A DNA stretch of 64,000 nt from Dehalococcoidia bacterium (GCA_965203985.1 CBDBDS010000005.1:10074-74073); one strand, 5' to 3'. Numbered from the stretch's first letter, positions 43,726 to 53,853 are shown. The notes: generated from the letters alone by a model not told the origin. A program made the numbers and translations.

Positions 43726-44901
43726 CTAATAGCGGCGCGACTCCTCCGCGTACACGTGGTCCGGCAGGTTGTAGCTTATGCCTATTTCCCCAAGCATCGA
43801 GGCTTCCAGGAGCCCGGAGAACCGGTCGAACCGATGCCCCTGGCGCAGATTTGGAAACAGGGCTCCCAGGGTGTGCTGGTAGCGTTTCTGGAACCTGAAC
43901 CACGGTAGGACGCCGAAGGACGAACGCTTGGGATATCTCAGCTGGTCCGCCAGCTCGTCTCCGATGAGCGCGCGGGAGACGCTGAACACGTACCTGGCGA
44001 GCCGGCGCCGAGCCTGGGTATCCGTAATCCCTATGACCAACGGCGCCGAGTTGATCAGCGCATGCACCATTACTATGGATTCCAGGTCGATCTCGGGTTC
44101 GCACATGGAGCCGATGGCAAACAGCGTCAGCGCATCCTCTTCGTCTCGGAAAAGAATGGCTTCCGGAATGCCCATGAGATGTCCACAGTAGCGCCAAACG
44201 GAGATGAAGCTTTCCCGCTCTTCGTCATTGAAGACCGCGCCCAGCCGCGCTATGTGCCCCACCAAACGCGCCGAGAAAGCCGTGATCGCTAAACCAAGGT
44301 GCGCCGCGCTGACCGGAGCGCCCCACGCTGCGGCGTCCCACTCTTCCGACGCGGCGAGGAGTCGTCTGATTTGCGCGTGCAGCAACCGCACCCGAACCGA
44401 GAGTTTCCATCCGTCCCCGTCCCTTTCCAGCCCGCCGGGCACGAATAGCTCTACCATGTGGCGATTATTCTGCTTCAGCCGCCGGACGCCCTGGTCCCGC
44501 AGCCGTCCGGTGATGAAGAACGACTTGCTGATATTCGTCGAGAACCCTTCCACCAGTACGCCCCCCACGAAGGCGCCCAGAATCAAGCGGGAGTTGCGGT
44601 GAAACATCCGAATGCCGGGCGCGAAATCCCGCTGATCAACCCAGTCGGGCGGCGTTTCCAACTGGTTGAAGAGGTGCAGCAGCGTCGGCGGAGCGTTAGC
44701 CAAAGCGCTGTGGTCGCCGTCCACCGCCGCCTGGATCAGCCGGTTTGCTTCCGCCAGGGGGAAGTCGGCGAGTTCGTTCATCAGCGCGTCGGCGTCCGGG
44801 TCGCCGATTACGGTGTGGGCCAGATAGTTGGACGCCAACCTCCGTTCCAAATCACGGGCCTTCACGTAGCCCGGTATGTAGGCAGACGGTATGTTGTTCA
44901 T
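43726..44901 (-). CDS. oxygenase MpaB/DUF2236 (Lcp-like) family protein
   Basis: GDPDAD.L, PPDWVD, VRLLHAQIRR, W...WGAPVS, WRYCGHLMGIPE. Confidence 0.85.
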   Translation of the reverse strand: MNNIPSAYIPGYVKARDLERRLASNYLAHTVIGDPDADALMNELADFPLAEANRLIQAAVDGDHSALANAPPTLLHLFNQLETPPDWVDQRDFAPGIRMFHRNSRLILGAFVGGVLVEGFSTNISKSFFITGRLRDQGVRRLKQNNRHMVELFVPGGLERDGDGWKLSVRVRLLHAQIRRLLAASEEWDAAAWGAPVSAAHLGLAITAFSARLVGHIARLGAVFNDEERESFISVWRYCGHLMGIPEAILFRDEEDALTLFAIGSMCEPEIDLESIVMVHALINSAPLVIGITDTQARRRLARYVFSVSRALIGDELADQLRYPKRSSFGVLPWFRFQKRYQHTLGALFPNLRQGHRFDRFSGLLEASMLGEIGISYNLPDHVYAEESRRY

Positions 44902-44915
44902 CTCATCGGTCCGCG

Positions 44916-47132
44916 TTACCGCCCCTGATCCCTGTCCTCCTCCGTCGGCTCCACTCTCAGGTCAGGCAGCCAGCCCAACCACGACGGCAGATACCAGTTG
45001 CCCCGGCCCAGCATCTCCATGCTGGCCGGCACCAGCACGGAACGGACCAGCGTGGCGTCCAGGAATATGGCTACGGCCAGGCCGAACCCCACCTGCTGGT
45101 TGATGATGGTCTCCCCGGCGGCGAAGGCGCCGAACACCGCCACCATGATGAGCGCCGCTCCGGTGATGATGCCGGCGGTCGAGCGCAGCCCGTAGGCCAC
45201 CGCCTCGGCGTTGTTTCCGGTCTGGTCATAGCGTTCCCGTATGCGGCTCAAAAGGAACACGTGGTAATCCATGGACAGGCCGAAGAGGATGGTGAAGAGG
45301 AATAGCGGTATCCAGGCGTCAATGACTTCGGCGTGCTGGAACCCCAGCAGGTCCGTCGCCACTCCCTTCTGGAACACCAGCACCAGCAGCCCGTAGGCCG
45401 TGCCCACGGACAGCAGGTTCATCACCACCGCTTTCACCGGAATGACTATCGAACGGAAGACCAGCAACAGTATCAGGAAGCTCAATCCCAGCACGAAAGC
45501 GAATACGATGGGTGTATAACGGTCAATGACATCGAACAGGTCGGCGGTGACGGCAGTTACGCCTCCGACGTACACTTCGGCGGATATCCCGTCAAAGGCC
45601 GCCGGAATGTGCCGGTTGCGGAGTGTGGCCATGGCGTCCACCGCCGCGCGGTTGCTGGGCTCGCCGGGCACGACTACCGACATCAACGCCAGGTCCCCGG
45701 ATGGGTTGGGAACTACCACGGGCGGCAGGGGGAAAGTCGGGTCATCCACCAGAGACTGCTCCAGGCTTGCCATCGCCTCCTGCACTTGGGGACTGTTTAT
45801 GTCCCCGTCAATGGCTATCTCCGCGGGGTTCACCAGTCCGAAGGAAAACTTTTCCTCCAGTACGAAGAAGGCTTCCCGCGTCTGCGCCCCTTCCGGGAAG
45901 GTGTCTACGCCGTTGAGTCCCGTGTTGATTTCAAAGTAGAAGACTATGGCGACGATCATCGGAGCCGCCACCGCCACGAAGCTGATGATGGGCACCCGGG
46001 TCACCGCCCGCGTCGTTACCTCCCAGAATCCATTCGGATTGGCGTCGTCGGTCTGCGTCCGACGCCGGCCGAAGTAAGGCAGCGGCAGCAGGTTCACCCG
46101 CGGGCCCAGCAGCGTCAACACGGCTGGCAGCAGCGTGAGCGTGGCCGCAAGGGCGACCATGACCACCAGTATTGCCCCCAACCCCAGAGATTGGAAGAAT
46201 GACGCGGGAACGATCAACATTCCAAAAAGCGCGATCACCACCGTGACGCCGCTGAACAACACCGTTCGCCCCGCCGTGTCGCCGGCCCGGGCCACGGCTT
46301 CGGCTTTCTCCAAGCCGCCGTCCAGTTCTTCACGGAAACGGGAGATGATGAACAGCGAATAGTCGATACCCACCGCCAGGCCAATCATGGTAATCATCAG
46401 GGTGACGAAGAACACCAACTCAAAAAACTGACCGATTATGGCCGCGACGCCCAGGGCGATTATCACGGCAACGACGGCCAGGCCTAAAGGAACCAAGGCA
46501 GCGACCACGGCGCCGAACAACGCTAGCAGGATAAGCAAAGCCACCGGAATGCCGATGCGCTCTCCCTTCTCCAGGTCTTCCGTCGCCAGTTCGTTGGATT
46601 CAAAGGCGATGCTGGCCGGGCCGCTCATAAGCGCCCGGAAATCGTCTGCGGCGTCTGCTTCCGTTATGACGTGGAGCACACTTTCAACGCGTTCGGTGGC
46701 TTCTTCAAATTCGCCCGCCATCACCAGCTGTATCAAAGCAGTCCGGCGGTCTGCGGACACCAGCGTCTCGTCGCCGGTCAGGTAATAATGCTGCCCGGCG
46801 GCCACCGTGTCGTTGCCCAGGGCCATGGCATCCTCAAACAGGCCCTCCACTTTCTCCCGGAACTTCGGGTCATCCACCGTCAACGACTCGGATTGCACGA
46901 TGACTATTTCGACAATCGGCTCCGGGCCGCGCAGCCGCTCTTCCAGCAATGTAGCCGCGCGCTGTGAATCTGCTCCCCCGCCGAGTTTCAACTCAGTGGT
47001 GGTGGCGCTGTCCAGCAGACGAGCATTCAGCCCCAGTCCAATCACCACCAACACCACCCACACTCCAATCGTCAGCCAGGGCCTACGGGCGCTGATGCGA
47101 GCCAATGCCTTGGTCATACGGGTATCATCCAT
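44916..47132 (-). CDS. MMPL family RND-type transporter
   Basis: GLAVGIDYSLFIISRFREE, TAGRTVLFSG, FGLSMDYHVFLLSRIRE, DATLVR.VLVPA. Confidence 0.95.
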   Translation of the reverse strand: MDDTRMTKALARISARRPWLTIGVWVVLVVIGLGLNARLLDSATTTELKLGGGADSQRAATLLEERLRGPEPIVEIVIVQSESLTVDDPKFREKVEGLFEDAMALGNDTVAAGQHYYLTGDETLVSADRRTALIQLVMAGEFEEATERVESVLHVITEADAADDFRALMSGPASIAFESNELATEDLEKGERIGIPVALLILLALFGAVVAALVPLGLAVVAVIIALGVAAIIGQFFELVFFVTLMITMIGLAVGIDYSLFIISRFREELDGGLEKAEAVARAGDTAGRTVLFSGVTVVIALFGMLIVPASFFQSLGLGAILVVMVALAATLTLLPAVLTLLGPRVNLLPLPYFGRRRTQTDDANPNGFWEVTTRAVTRVPIISFVAVAAPMIVAIVFYFEINTGLNGVDTFPEGAQTREAFFVLEEKFSFGLVNPAEIAIDGDINSPQVQEAMASLEQSLVDDPTFPLPPVVVPNPSGDLALMSVVVPGEPSNRAAVDAMATLRNRHIPAAFDGISAEVYVGGVTAVTADLFDVIDRYTPIVFAFVLGLSFLILLLVFRSIVIPVKAVVMNLLSVGTAYGLLVLVFQKGVATDLLGFQHAEVIDAWIPLFLFTILFGLSMDYHVFLLSRIRERYDQTGNNAEAVAYGLRSTAGIITGAALIMVAVFGAFAAGETIINQQVGFGLAVAIFLDATLVRSVLVPASMEMLGRGNWYLPSWLGWLPDLRVEPTEEDRDQGR

Positions 47133-47411
47133 TTACGGCGTATGAACGTCCAACCATTGCGGGACATCCTACCCCATGACGCTTGTGAAGGTAAACTTAA
47201 CGATTTGTGGAGTACCGCCAGGACAGACAAGATTGCGGATTTTACACAACGATTGGCATCATGGGGGCAGAGCCTTCCCAAAATCGCAGATTCAGATTGT
47301 TCCGCTTGCGCCGAGCCTGTGAAGGACGGTTCCGGCGCGTTCGAGGCGAACTGCCGTGTGTTACGATTGGGCTAATCCCCCATCGCATATCGACATAAAG
47401 GAGCCTGACTG

Positions 47412-48119
47412 ATGCACGCCGAACAGCGCAGGGTAGACGACGACGGCCTCCATTATCTCGTCATATTTCCCGACGATTACGACGCCGACGCCGACTATCC
47501 GGTGGTGGTCATGCTGCATGGTTTTGGCGCCAACATGCAGGACCTCGCCGGCCTCGCCCCGTCCATCAACCGCAAGGGCTACGTGTACGTGTGCCCCAAC
47601 GCGCCGATCCCCTTTGAACTGGCCCCCGGCATGATCGGCTACGGCTGGCATCCGCCCCGCGGTCAAGCAACCGAGGAACATTTCGGCCAGGCGGAGACAT
47701 TCCTGGATGCCTTCTTTTCCGAGGTGCTGAAAGAGTTTCGCGCGCAGGAAGGCCGGGCCGTGCTGTTAGGTTTCTCCCAAGGCGGCGGCATGACCTACCG
47801 CATGGGCCTGGAGCGGCCGGACAAGTTCGTGGCCCTGGTTGCGCTCAGCGCATCCCTGCCGGACCCCGAGATCCTGCGACCGCGCCTGCCAGACCACCGC
47901 AAACAGCCGGTTTTCGTCGCCCACGGCCTGCATGACCAGATGGTTTCGATGGACAGCGCGCGCCGCACCCGGGAGTTTCTCGACGCGGAGAACTACAACC
48001 TGTCCTATAACGAATACAACATGGGCCACGAAATCCCGGTGGAAGTCCTCCGCGACATGGTTCCCTGGATGGAAGCCCTGCTGCCCCCGCTGGTGGAAGA
48101 AACCGACCGCATCTTCTGA
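47412..48119 (+). CDS. phospholipase/carboxylesterase (alpha/beta hydrolase)
   Basis: LHGFGAN, GFSQGG, AHG..D, MGHEI. Confidence 0.9.
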   Translation: MHAEQRRVDDDGLHYLVIFPDDYDADADYPVVVMLHGFGANMQDLAGLAPSINRKGYVYVCPNAPIPFELAPGMIGYGWHPPRGQATEEHFGQAETFLDAFFSEVLKEFRAQEGRAVLLGFSQGGGMTYRMGLERPDKFVALVALSASLPDPEILRPRLPDHRKQPVFVAHGLHDQMVSMDSARRTREFLDAENYNLSYNEYNMGHEIPVEVLRDMVPWMEALLPPLVEETDRIF

Positions 48120-48128
48120 CCAGATACG

Positions 48129-48586
48129 AATTTTACATGGATAGACAGGATAAACAGGATGGAACGATGATACATTCGGATTTGACCAGTAAGATAATCG
48201 GGTGTGCTTTTTCCGTTAGCAATGAGCTCGGCGCCGGTTTCCTGGAATCGGTGTACGAGAAGGCTATGGTTGTTGCCCTGTCGGATGCCGGGGTTAGAGT
48301 TCAAGCGCAGGTGCCTATCAGCGTGTGTTTTCGCGGCCGGCCAGTCGGCGACTTTTACGCAGACTTGCTGGTTGGTGAGAGTGTGATTGTCGAACTCAAA
48401 GCAGTGCCAGCACTGACGCCACAAAACGAAGCGCAGATAATTGACTACCTCAACGCCACCGGCATTCCCGTGGGATTGTTGATCAACTTTGGCAATCCTA
48501 AACTCCAATATCGCCGCTTTACCCGCGGAAGCGGCTATCCCGCCCTCAAATCCTGATCCCGTTCATCCTGTACATCCATGTAAATT
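48129..48586 (+). mobile_element. GxxExxY gene bounded by ~32-bp imperfect inverted repeats
   Basis: Left ttttacatggatagacaggataaacaggat (48131-48160); right atcccgttcatcctgtacatccatgtaaat (48556-48585). Confidence 0.6.
48167..48556 (+). CDS. GxxExxY family PD-(D/E)XK-like protein
   Basis: LT.KIIG.AF.V.NELGAGFLESVYE, DLLV...VIVELKA, GLLINFG. The ORF-track start 48137 lies inside the repeat. Confidence 0.93.
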   Translation: MIHSDLTSKIIGCAFSVSNELGAGFLESVYEKAMVVALSDAGVRVQAQVPISVCFRGRPVGDFYADLLVGESVIVELKAVPALTPQNEAQIIDYLNATGIPVGLLINFGNPKLQYRRFTRGSGYPALKS

Positions 48587-48609
48587 AAGACCGTGGAGGT
48601 TTTGCAACT

Positions 48610-49536
48610 ATGAAAGCCACTGCCAAGCTGCGCCAAATGCTCGCGTCCGACCGGTTGGTCGTCGCGCCCTTCGTCCTCAATGCCCTGCACGCCCGCATCG
48701 CCGAGGACGTGGGACACCAGGCCGTCTACATGACCGGCGCCGGCACTGCCGCCGAACGGGGCTTCCCCGACGTCGGCCTGCTGACCATGACCGAAATGGT
48801 CTCCAACGCCAAGTACATCGCGGACGCCATCAACATACCGGTGATCTGCGACGCCGACACCGGCTACGGCAACCCCCTCAACGTGCACCGCACCGTGCGC
48901 GAGTACGAGTCCGCCGGCGTGGCCGCCATCCACCTCGAGGACCAGGTGTTCCCCAAGAAGTGTGGCTTCTTCGCCGGCAAGCAGGTGGTTCCGGTCGAGG
49001 AACACGTCCAGAAGATCCGCGCGGCCTTGGACGCCCGCACCGATCCCGATTTCGTCATCATCGCTCGCTGTGACGCCTATGCCGTCACCGTCTGGGAGGA
49101 CACCGTCAGCCGTTGCCGCGCCTACGTCGAGGCCGGCGCCGACCTGGTGTTCGTCGACGGCATCAAGTCCCAGGACGACATCCAGCGGTACGCCGCCGAC
49201 CTGGCCGACGTGCCGCGCATGTACAACGGCGACCTGGCCACTACGCAGACCATGGACGAACTGGGTTACAAGATCATGATCTGCGGCAGCACCATCTGGC
49301 TCATTTACAAGCAGGTGCGAGCCGCTTACGAAGAGCTCATGAGCGACGGCAAGGTGGACCCGGACCGCTACGGCACCCGCTGGGATGTTGCTTCCGTTCT
49401 GGGCCTGGACGCCATCTACGAGCTGGAAAAGAAGTACGGCGTGCAGGATGTGGGCACCGACGTGGCCGGCCTCGCCGCGGCTCAAGCCGCCCAGATGGCT
49501 GCCGACGCCGCGGTGCTCACCCCGGCCGACGACTGA
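48610..49536 (+). CDS. isocitrate lyase/PEP mutase family (methylisocitrate/dimethylmalate lyase-like)
   Basis: DADTGYG, IHLEDQVFPKKCG, IIARCDA, AGADLVF. Confidence 0.92.
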   Translation: MKATAKLRQMLASDRLVVAPFVLNALHARIAEDVGHQAVYMTGAGTAAERGFPDVGLLTMTEMVSNAKYIADAINIPVICDADTGYGNPLNVHRTVREYESAGVAAIHLEDQVFPKKCGFFAGKQVVPVEEHVQKIRAALDARTDPDFVIIARCDAYAVTVWEDTVSRCRAYVEAGADLVFVDGIKSQDDIQRYAADLADVPRMYNGDLATTQTMDELGYKIMICGSTIWLIYKQVRAAYEELMSDGKVDPDRYGTRWDVASVLGLDAIYELEKKYGVQDVGTDVAGLAAAQAAQMAADAAVLTPADD

Positions 49537-49575
49537 CCCGTCCTGCACACCAAAGCCTCAGCGGGGAGGCCGGCG

Positions 49576-49953
49576 ATGAGTGATCGCTTCCGTATGCTAT
49601 ACGACGGGTCGTGTCCCATGTGCAGCCGTGAGGTGATGAACCTGTACCGCCGCCGACCCGACGCCATTGAGCCGGTGGACATCTCCGCCGAGGGTTTCGA
49701 CGCCGCTGCACTGGGCTTTACTGACGAACAGGTTCAGGGCGCACTGTACGGCATCCGGCCGGACGGTACCATCACGGTGGGCATGGAAAGCCTCCGCGAG
49801 GGCTATCGACTGGCCGGCCTGGGTTGGCTGATTAAGTGGACGGGCTGGTGGCCGGCGCGCCCCGCCTTCGATCTCTTCTACCGTGGTTTCGCGCGCAACC
49901 GAATGCGCATCAGCAACTGGCTGGGCCGGTGCGACGGCCACTGCCGAGTCTGA
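49576..49953 (+). CDS. DCC1-like thiol-disulfide oxidoreductase (DUF393)
   Basis: LYDGSCPMC motif, LFYRGFARNR. Confidence 0.88.
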   Translation: MSDRFRMLYDGSCPMCSREVMNLYRRRPDAIEPVDISAEGFDAAALGFTDEQVQGALYGIRPDGTITVGMESLREGYRLAGLGWLIKWTGWWPARPAFDLFYRGFARNRMRISNWLGRCDGHCRV

Positions 49954-49969
49954 GCTCCGGCTCGGACGC

Positions 49970-50104
49970 AAAAAAAGACCGGGACATATTCGGCTGGGAA
50001 TTTTCTCCAGCCGCAACTGTCCCGGGCGGGGTTAGCGACTAAAATGCGCCAACCTCCTGAGCAAAGGGCGGCGGGCGTAACGTTGGAACATTGCTCCCGC
50101 TACC
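49970..50104 (-). ncRNA. candidate ~135-nt structured RNA divergent from DUF3800 gene
   Basis: Minus-strand TTGACA (50139-50134)-17-TACGGT (50116-50111); nested stems 49979-86/50018-25 and 49991-50000/50003-13, followed by U7. Confidence 0.5.
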
Positions 50105-50163
50105 ATGCGTACCGTACGATATTTCGTTAGATCTGTCAATCCACAACAACAAGTGTGCTCATT

Positions 50164-50904
50164 ATGCTGGCCTTCATTGACGAAAGTGGCAAGCCAAATC
50201 CCAATGACGCAAACAGTCGGCCTGTCGTTGTTGCGGTCTGTTTTGATGAGAGCGTTTCGCGCGACATTACCCGGCGAATTTACGCGATAAAGCGGAATCT
50301 GCTTGACTCGCAGCAAACTGAGGCAGAACTTAAGGGAACTAAACTGCTGAAAGAAAAAACCTATACACGTAGCCGGGCATCGCGGCTATTTGCAGAGGAT
50401 TTCTTCGCGGCGTTGAGCACTTGGGAGGTAACCATCTTCGCCACGATCATGCGGGCTCCGTTTGCCGCGCGGCAGAAAGACGGGTTGCTAGAAACCAGGT
50501 TTCGCTACCTCTTGCAGCGCATTGACCTGCTTGCCGCCGAGTGCGGTACGCATGCAAACGTGATGTTCGATGGACGCGGAGACGAATTCAGGGATTTGAG
50601 TCGGCGTTTCTCCGGTTACCTTTTCAGGTCCAACGAGGGCAGAAGACGCCTCAACATCACGGACAGTCCGGCGTTTGTAGATTCGGCTACCAGTGCTGGA
50701 ATCCAGATTGCCGATATGTGCGCTTATGTGATAAGCAAATATCAAGAGAAACAGCTGTTTTCGCTCCCTCCATCGCAAGATGATTGCTACCAGCGTGCTG
50801 TTCGGAGTTGGTATCGCTATATCGAGTCCCGTACTCGCGATTTTGATGGCCCGGATGACGTGACCTGGCGTGGCTTCTACTTTTTCAAGCCCGGAGACCA
50901 GTAG
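50164..50904 (+). CDS. DUF3800 domain protein (RNase H-like)
   Basis: AFIDESG N-terminal motif, ELKG..LL, FVDS..SAGIQIAD.CAY; lower GC. Confidence 0.88.
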   Translation: MLAFIDESGKPNPNDANSRPVVVAVCFDESVSRDITRRIYAIKRNLLDSQQTEAELKGTKLLKEKTYTRSRASRLFAEDFFAALSTWEVTIFATIMRAPFAARQKDGLLETRFRYLLQRIDLLAAECGTHANVMFDGRGDEFRDLSRRFSGYLFRSNEGRRRLNITDSPAFVDSATSAGIQIADMCAYVISKYQEKQLFSLPPSQDDCYQRAVRSWYRYIESRTRDFDGPDDVTWRGFYFFKPGDQ

Positions 50905-50925
50905 GGTAGACCCGGGTTATCGTTC

Positions 50926-51882
50926 ATGTGGCCGTTGCTCGCGCTGGGCTCAGCCCTGGCATTTTGCTTCGTCAGCGTCTGCGACAAGCGCCTGCTGTCG
51001 TTCCACCTGAACGGCGTGCCGCCCCTGTGCCTGTGGTGCGGGACCACCGGACTGATCTACGGCACCATCGTGGCCGCCATAGTAGGCGTTCCAGCCGGCA
51101 CTACCTGGCAGGTGGCGGTGACTCCCGCGGTAGCTGGCCTGTTCATGGGTTGCTCCGTGGTGCTCCTGTTCCGCTGTCTCCGTCTCATGGAGGCCTCGCG
51201 AGCCGTCGCCATTTCCCAGACTAATCCGATTTTCGTCGCCATTCTGGCCCTGATGTTCCTGGGTGAGCACATATCGCCGGCCCAATGGTTCGGCATCGCC
51301 CTGGTGGTGGCGGGTGCCGTGCTCATCTCGGTGCGCCTGTTCCAGGAGCTGCCCTTCGGACGGATCGGGGCCGGATTGGCGGTTCCGAGTACCGCGATTT
51401 TCGACCTGCGCGACCGCAGCACAGTCTACGGACCGGCGCTGCTGATCCTCAGCGCGATGTGCGCCGCCTCCAGTTTCGTAGTGGCCAAGGCCGCGCTGAA
51501 CGCTGAGCTTCCCGTGCTGACGGTATTCGGGATCCAGCAGGCCACGGTGGGCGCGGTGTTCTTCTGCGTCGGGTTGAGCGGCGGACCCCGTCTGTGGTCG
51601 GCAGTGAAACAGCCGGGCGTCCTGGCAATGCTCCTGTTCGGCGAGTCGTTGATGCCGGCGGTATCCATCCTGCTGGGAGTCTACGCGTACAGCCTGGGCC
51701 CCGCCTCCCTGGTGGCGGCGGTCCTGGCGACCCGACCGCTGTTCGTGTTCATCGCGTCCACGATTCTGTCCCGGATGCGCTGGCAGTTCCTGGACGAGTC
51801 GCTGAGCCCCCGCGTGCTGTCGGTAAAAGCCGCGTCCATAGTGATGATTGTAGGTGGCGTGGGCACACTCAGCATGGGTTGA
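50926..51882 (+). CDS. EamA/DMT family transporter
   Basis: About 10 TM segments; ASRAVAISQTNPIF.AILA..FLGE.I repeat. Confidence 0.85.
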   Translation: MWPLLALGSALAFCFVSVCDKRLLSFHLNGVPPLCLWCGTTGLIYGTIVAAIVGVPAGTTWQVAVTPAVAGLFMGCSVVLLFRCLRLMEASRAVAISQTNPIFVAILALMFLGEHISPAQWFGIALVVAGAVLISVRLFQELPFGRIGAGLAVPSTAIFDLRDRSTVYGPALLILSAMCAASSFVVAKAALNAELPVLTVFGIQQATVGAVFFCVGLSGGPRLWSAVKQPGVLAMLLFGESLMPAVSILLGVYAYSLGPASLVAAVLATRPLFVFIASTILSRMRWQFLDESLSPRVLSVKAASIVMIVGGVGTLSMG

Positions 51883-52104
51883 CCCCCAAAACGGGAACTT
51901 CCCGCTATGCCGTCGGTCATTACGTTAATGCTGCGTCGAAAGCGGAGAAAAAGCATTGAATCCGTCACGAATAAATCGATAATGTTTATCATCGTCTCTT
52001 TGATGGTTGACAACCGCAGCAACAACGAATATTATCTTGTGCCAAATATCTGCGCCATTGAGCGTAGGAATGTGACTGCATCCTAGCACGGAGTCTGCCA
52101 ACCA

Positions 52105-52539
52105 ATGGATGAACTTGACCTGAAGATCATCGGTATCCTGCAATCGGACGGGCGTGCGTCCAACGCCAAGATTGCGCGCGCAGTGGGTGTCAGCGAAGGC
52201 ACCGTGCGCCGCCGGTTGCGCCGCCTGATAAAAGAAGACATCGTTCACGTGGTGGCAGTCCCTAACCTCGAAAAAATGGGCTACGGCACCACCGCCCTGA
52301 TCGGTCTGGAAACCGGCCCGGGCAAGTCCGATTCCGTCGCGGAGTGCATCGCCAACCTCGACGAGGCGCACTATGTCGTCGTCGCCACCGGCCCCTACGA
52401 CGTATTCGTCTGGACCGCCCTGGAATCCGCCGAAAGCCTTGGCGACTTCCTGCGCACCCGCATCGGCGTAATAGATGGAGTGCAAAAGACGCAGACCTTC
52501 GTCACCCTCTCGACCAAAAAGCGCTTCACCCGGGTGTAG
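52105..52539 (+). CDS. Lrp/AsnC family regulator
   Basis: MDELDLKII..LQ.DGR.S...IA..VGVSEGTVRRR; TTGACA-17-TATTAT upstream at 52007. Confidence 0.95.
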   Translation: MDELDLKIIGILQSDGRASNAKIARAVGVSEGTVRRRLRRLIKEDIVHVVAVPNLEKMGYGTTALIGLETGPGKSDSVAECIANLDEAHYVVVATGPYDVFVWTALESAESLGDFLRTRIGVIDGVQKTQTFVTLSTKKRFTRV

Positions 52540-52695
52540 GCCGGCCGGCTGGGATACCTCCGATCAGCGCTCCGGGCCACCCTGCGCGTTTGCATTGCCT
52601 ACCCGCCGTGCTATAATTCCGGCACGCGTGAGTTGTGGCCCGAATTTCGGTTTGCCACTGTCGACCCACAGCACATCACCCGAGGGAATGCCGCT

Positions 52696-52938
52696 ATGAC
52701 CTACATCATTACCGAGCCATGCGTGGGCGTAAAAGACGCCGCGTGTGTCGACGTTTGTCCGGTGGACTGCATCTACACCACCGACGACGATGACATGTAC
52801 TTCATCAGTCCCGATGAGTGCATCGATTGTGCCGCCTGCGAACCGGTGTGCCCGGTCACGGCCATCTTCGCCGAAGAAGCCGTACCGTCCATGTACGAAG
52901 AATACATCAAGATAAATTACGACTACTTCAGCAAGTAG
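52696..52938 (+). CDS. fdxA: dicluster ferredoxin (FdxA type)
   Basis: YIITEPC...KD.ACVDVCPVDCI..PDECIDCAACEPVCPV. Confidence 0.93.
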   Translation: MTYIITEPCVGVKDAACVDVCPVDCIYTTDDDDMYFISPDECIDCAACEPVCPVTAIFAEEAVPSMYEEYIKINYDYFSK

Positions 52939-53025
52939 TCGAAGCGCCGCCCGGCGTACACCGACCCCGTCGTGCGCCCGGCGCTTGGCCGCCGGGCGCA
53001 CATTTAACGGTTCACACGTTCTCAG

Positions 53026-53853
53026 ATGTCCGCATCCGACCCGCAGCGGTCCGCTCGCCCCGAAGTCAACGTTGTAGTCTGTACTGACGAGTACGGCTGC
53101 GGACGCTGGTATCATCGCGGCCGCAACGCCGAGGACGTCCTGGGCGATTTTCGTACTGCCGTAAGACACTGGGGTGACGATCGCGTGCAGGTCACCACGT
53201 CCGGATGCATCCTGGGATGCACCTACGGCCCGCGATTCGACGTCGCCCGCCGCTGGTCTGGCGAAAAAGCGCTGTACGGCTCGATCACAGGCGAAGCGAC
53301 CGTCACCCGGCGCGGACGGGTGAGATTCGACCTCATTCCGGACGACTTGAACGAGGTTCTGTCCGACCACCTGCCGGAAACCGCCGTTCCCATCCACTCC
53401 CTCGGCGGGTCCAATCCCCCGACCAATGTTGACCTGCTTCGGCAAATCCTGTCGGATTGCAGCCGGGGGATGGGCGATGCCCCCGTGGGTTTGGCCGAAG
53501 CCGTGGTCATGGTGCACAATCCGGCCGCCACCGTCTCCATTCCCGCCTCGCTGGACAGCCTGCAATTCGTGGATGGCAGCGGGAGAGCCGACCCAACCGG
53601 AGACATCGCCCTGCTGGCAACGGACGGCGATGGTCAGGTGTCACTGCAACTAAGCCGGATCCGCCAGGTGGAGTTTCTGTTTCGACAACTGCGCAACGGG
53701 ATGCCGAGCTACTCCATCTGGCTGCGGGACGACGACCTGGCGACCGTGTACCGCATCTACCTGCGGCGCTCGGAAAACCCGGCCAACAATCCCCTGCGTC
53801 ATCGTCTCTTCATGGACCTCATTGATCAGCATGGCGAAAAGGTAACCCTGTAA
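53026..53853 (+). CDS. thioredoxin-like [2Fe-2S] domain fused to a ChuX/HutX-like domain (tentative)
   Basis: C-x5-C...GC-x3-C-x2-GP; C-terminal VMVHN...SYSIWL.D..YRIYLRR pattern. Confidence 0.55.
   Translation: MSASDPQRSARPEVNVVVCTDEYGCGRWYHRGRNAEDVLGDFRTAVRHWGDDRVQVTTSGCILGCTYGPRFDVARRWSGEKALYGSITGEATVTRRGRVRFDLIPDDLNEVLSDHLPETAVPIHSLGGSNPPTNVDLLRQILSDCSRGMGDAPVGLAEAVVMVHNPAATVSIPASLDSLQFVDGSGRADPTGDIALLATDGDGQVSLQLSRIRQVEFLFRQLRNGMPSYSIWLRDDDLATVYRIYLRRSENPANNPLRHRLFMDLIDQHGEKVTL

Noticed and set aside
47200-47260. MEYRQDRQD-like stretch resembling the GxxExxY left end
   Set aside because: Only a short CAGGA/ACA similarity and no matching right end.
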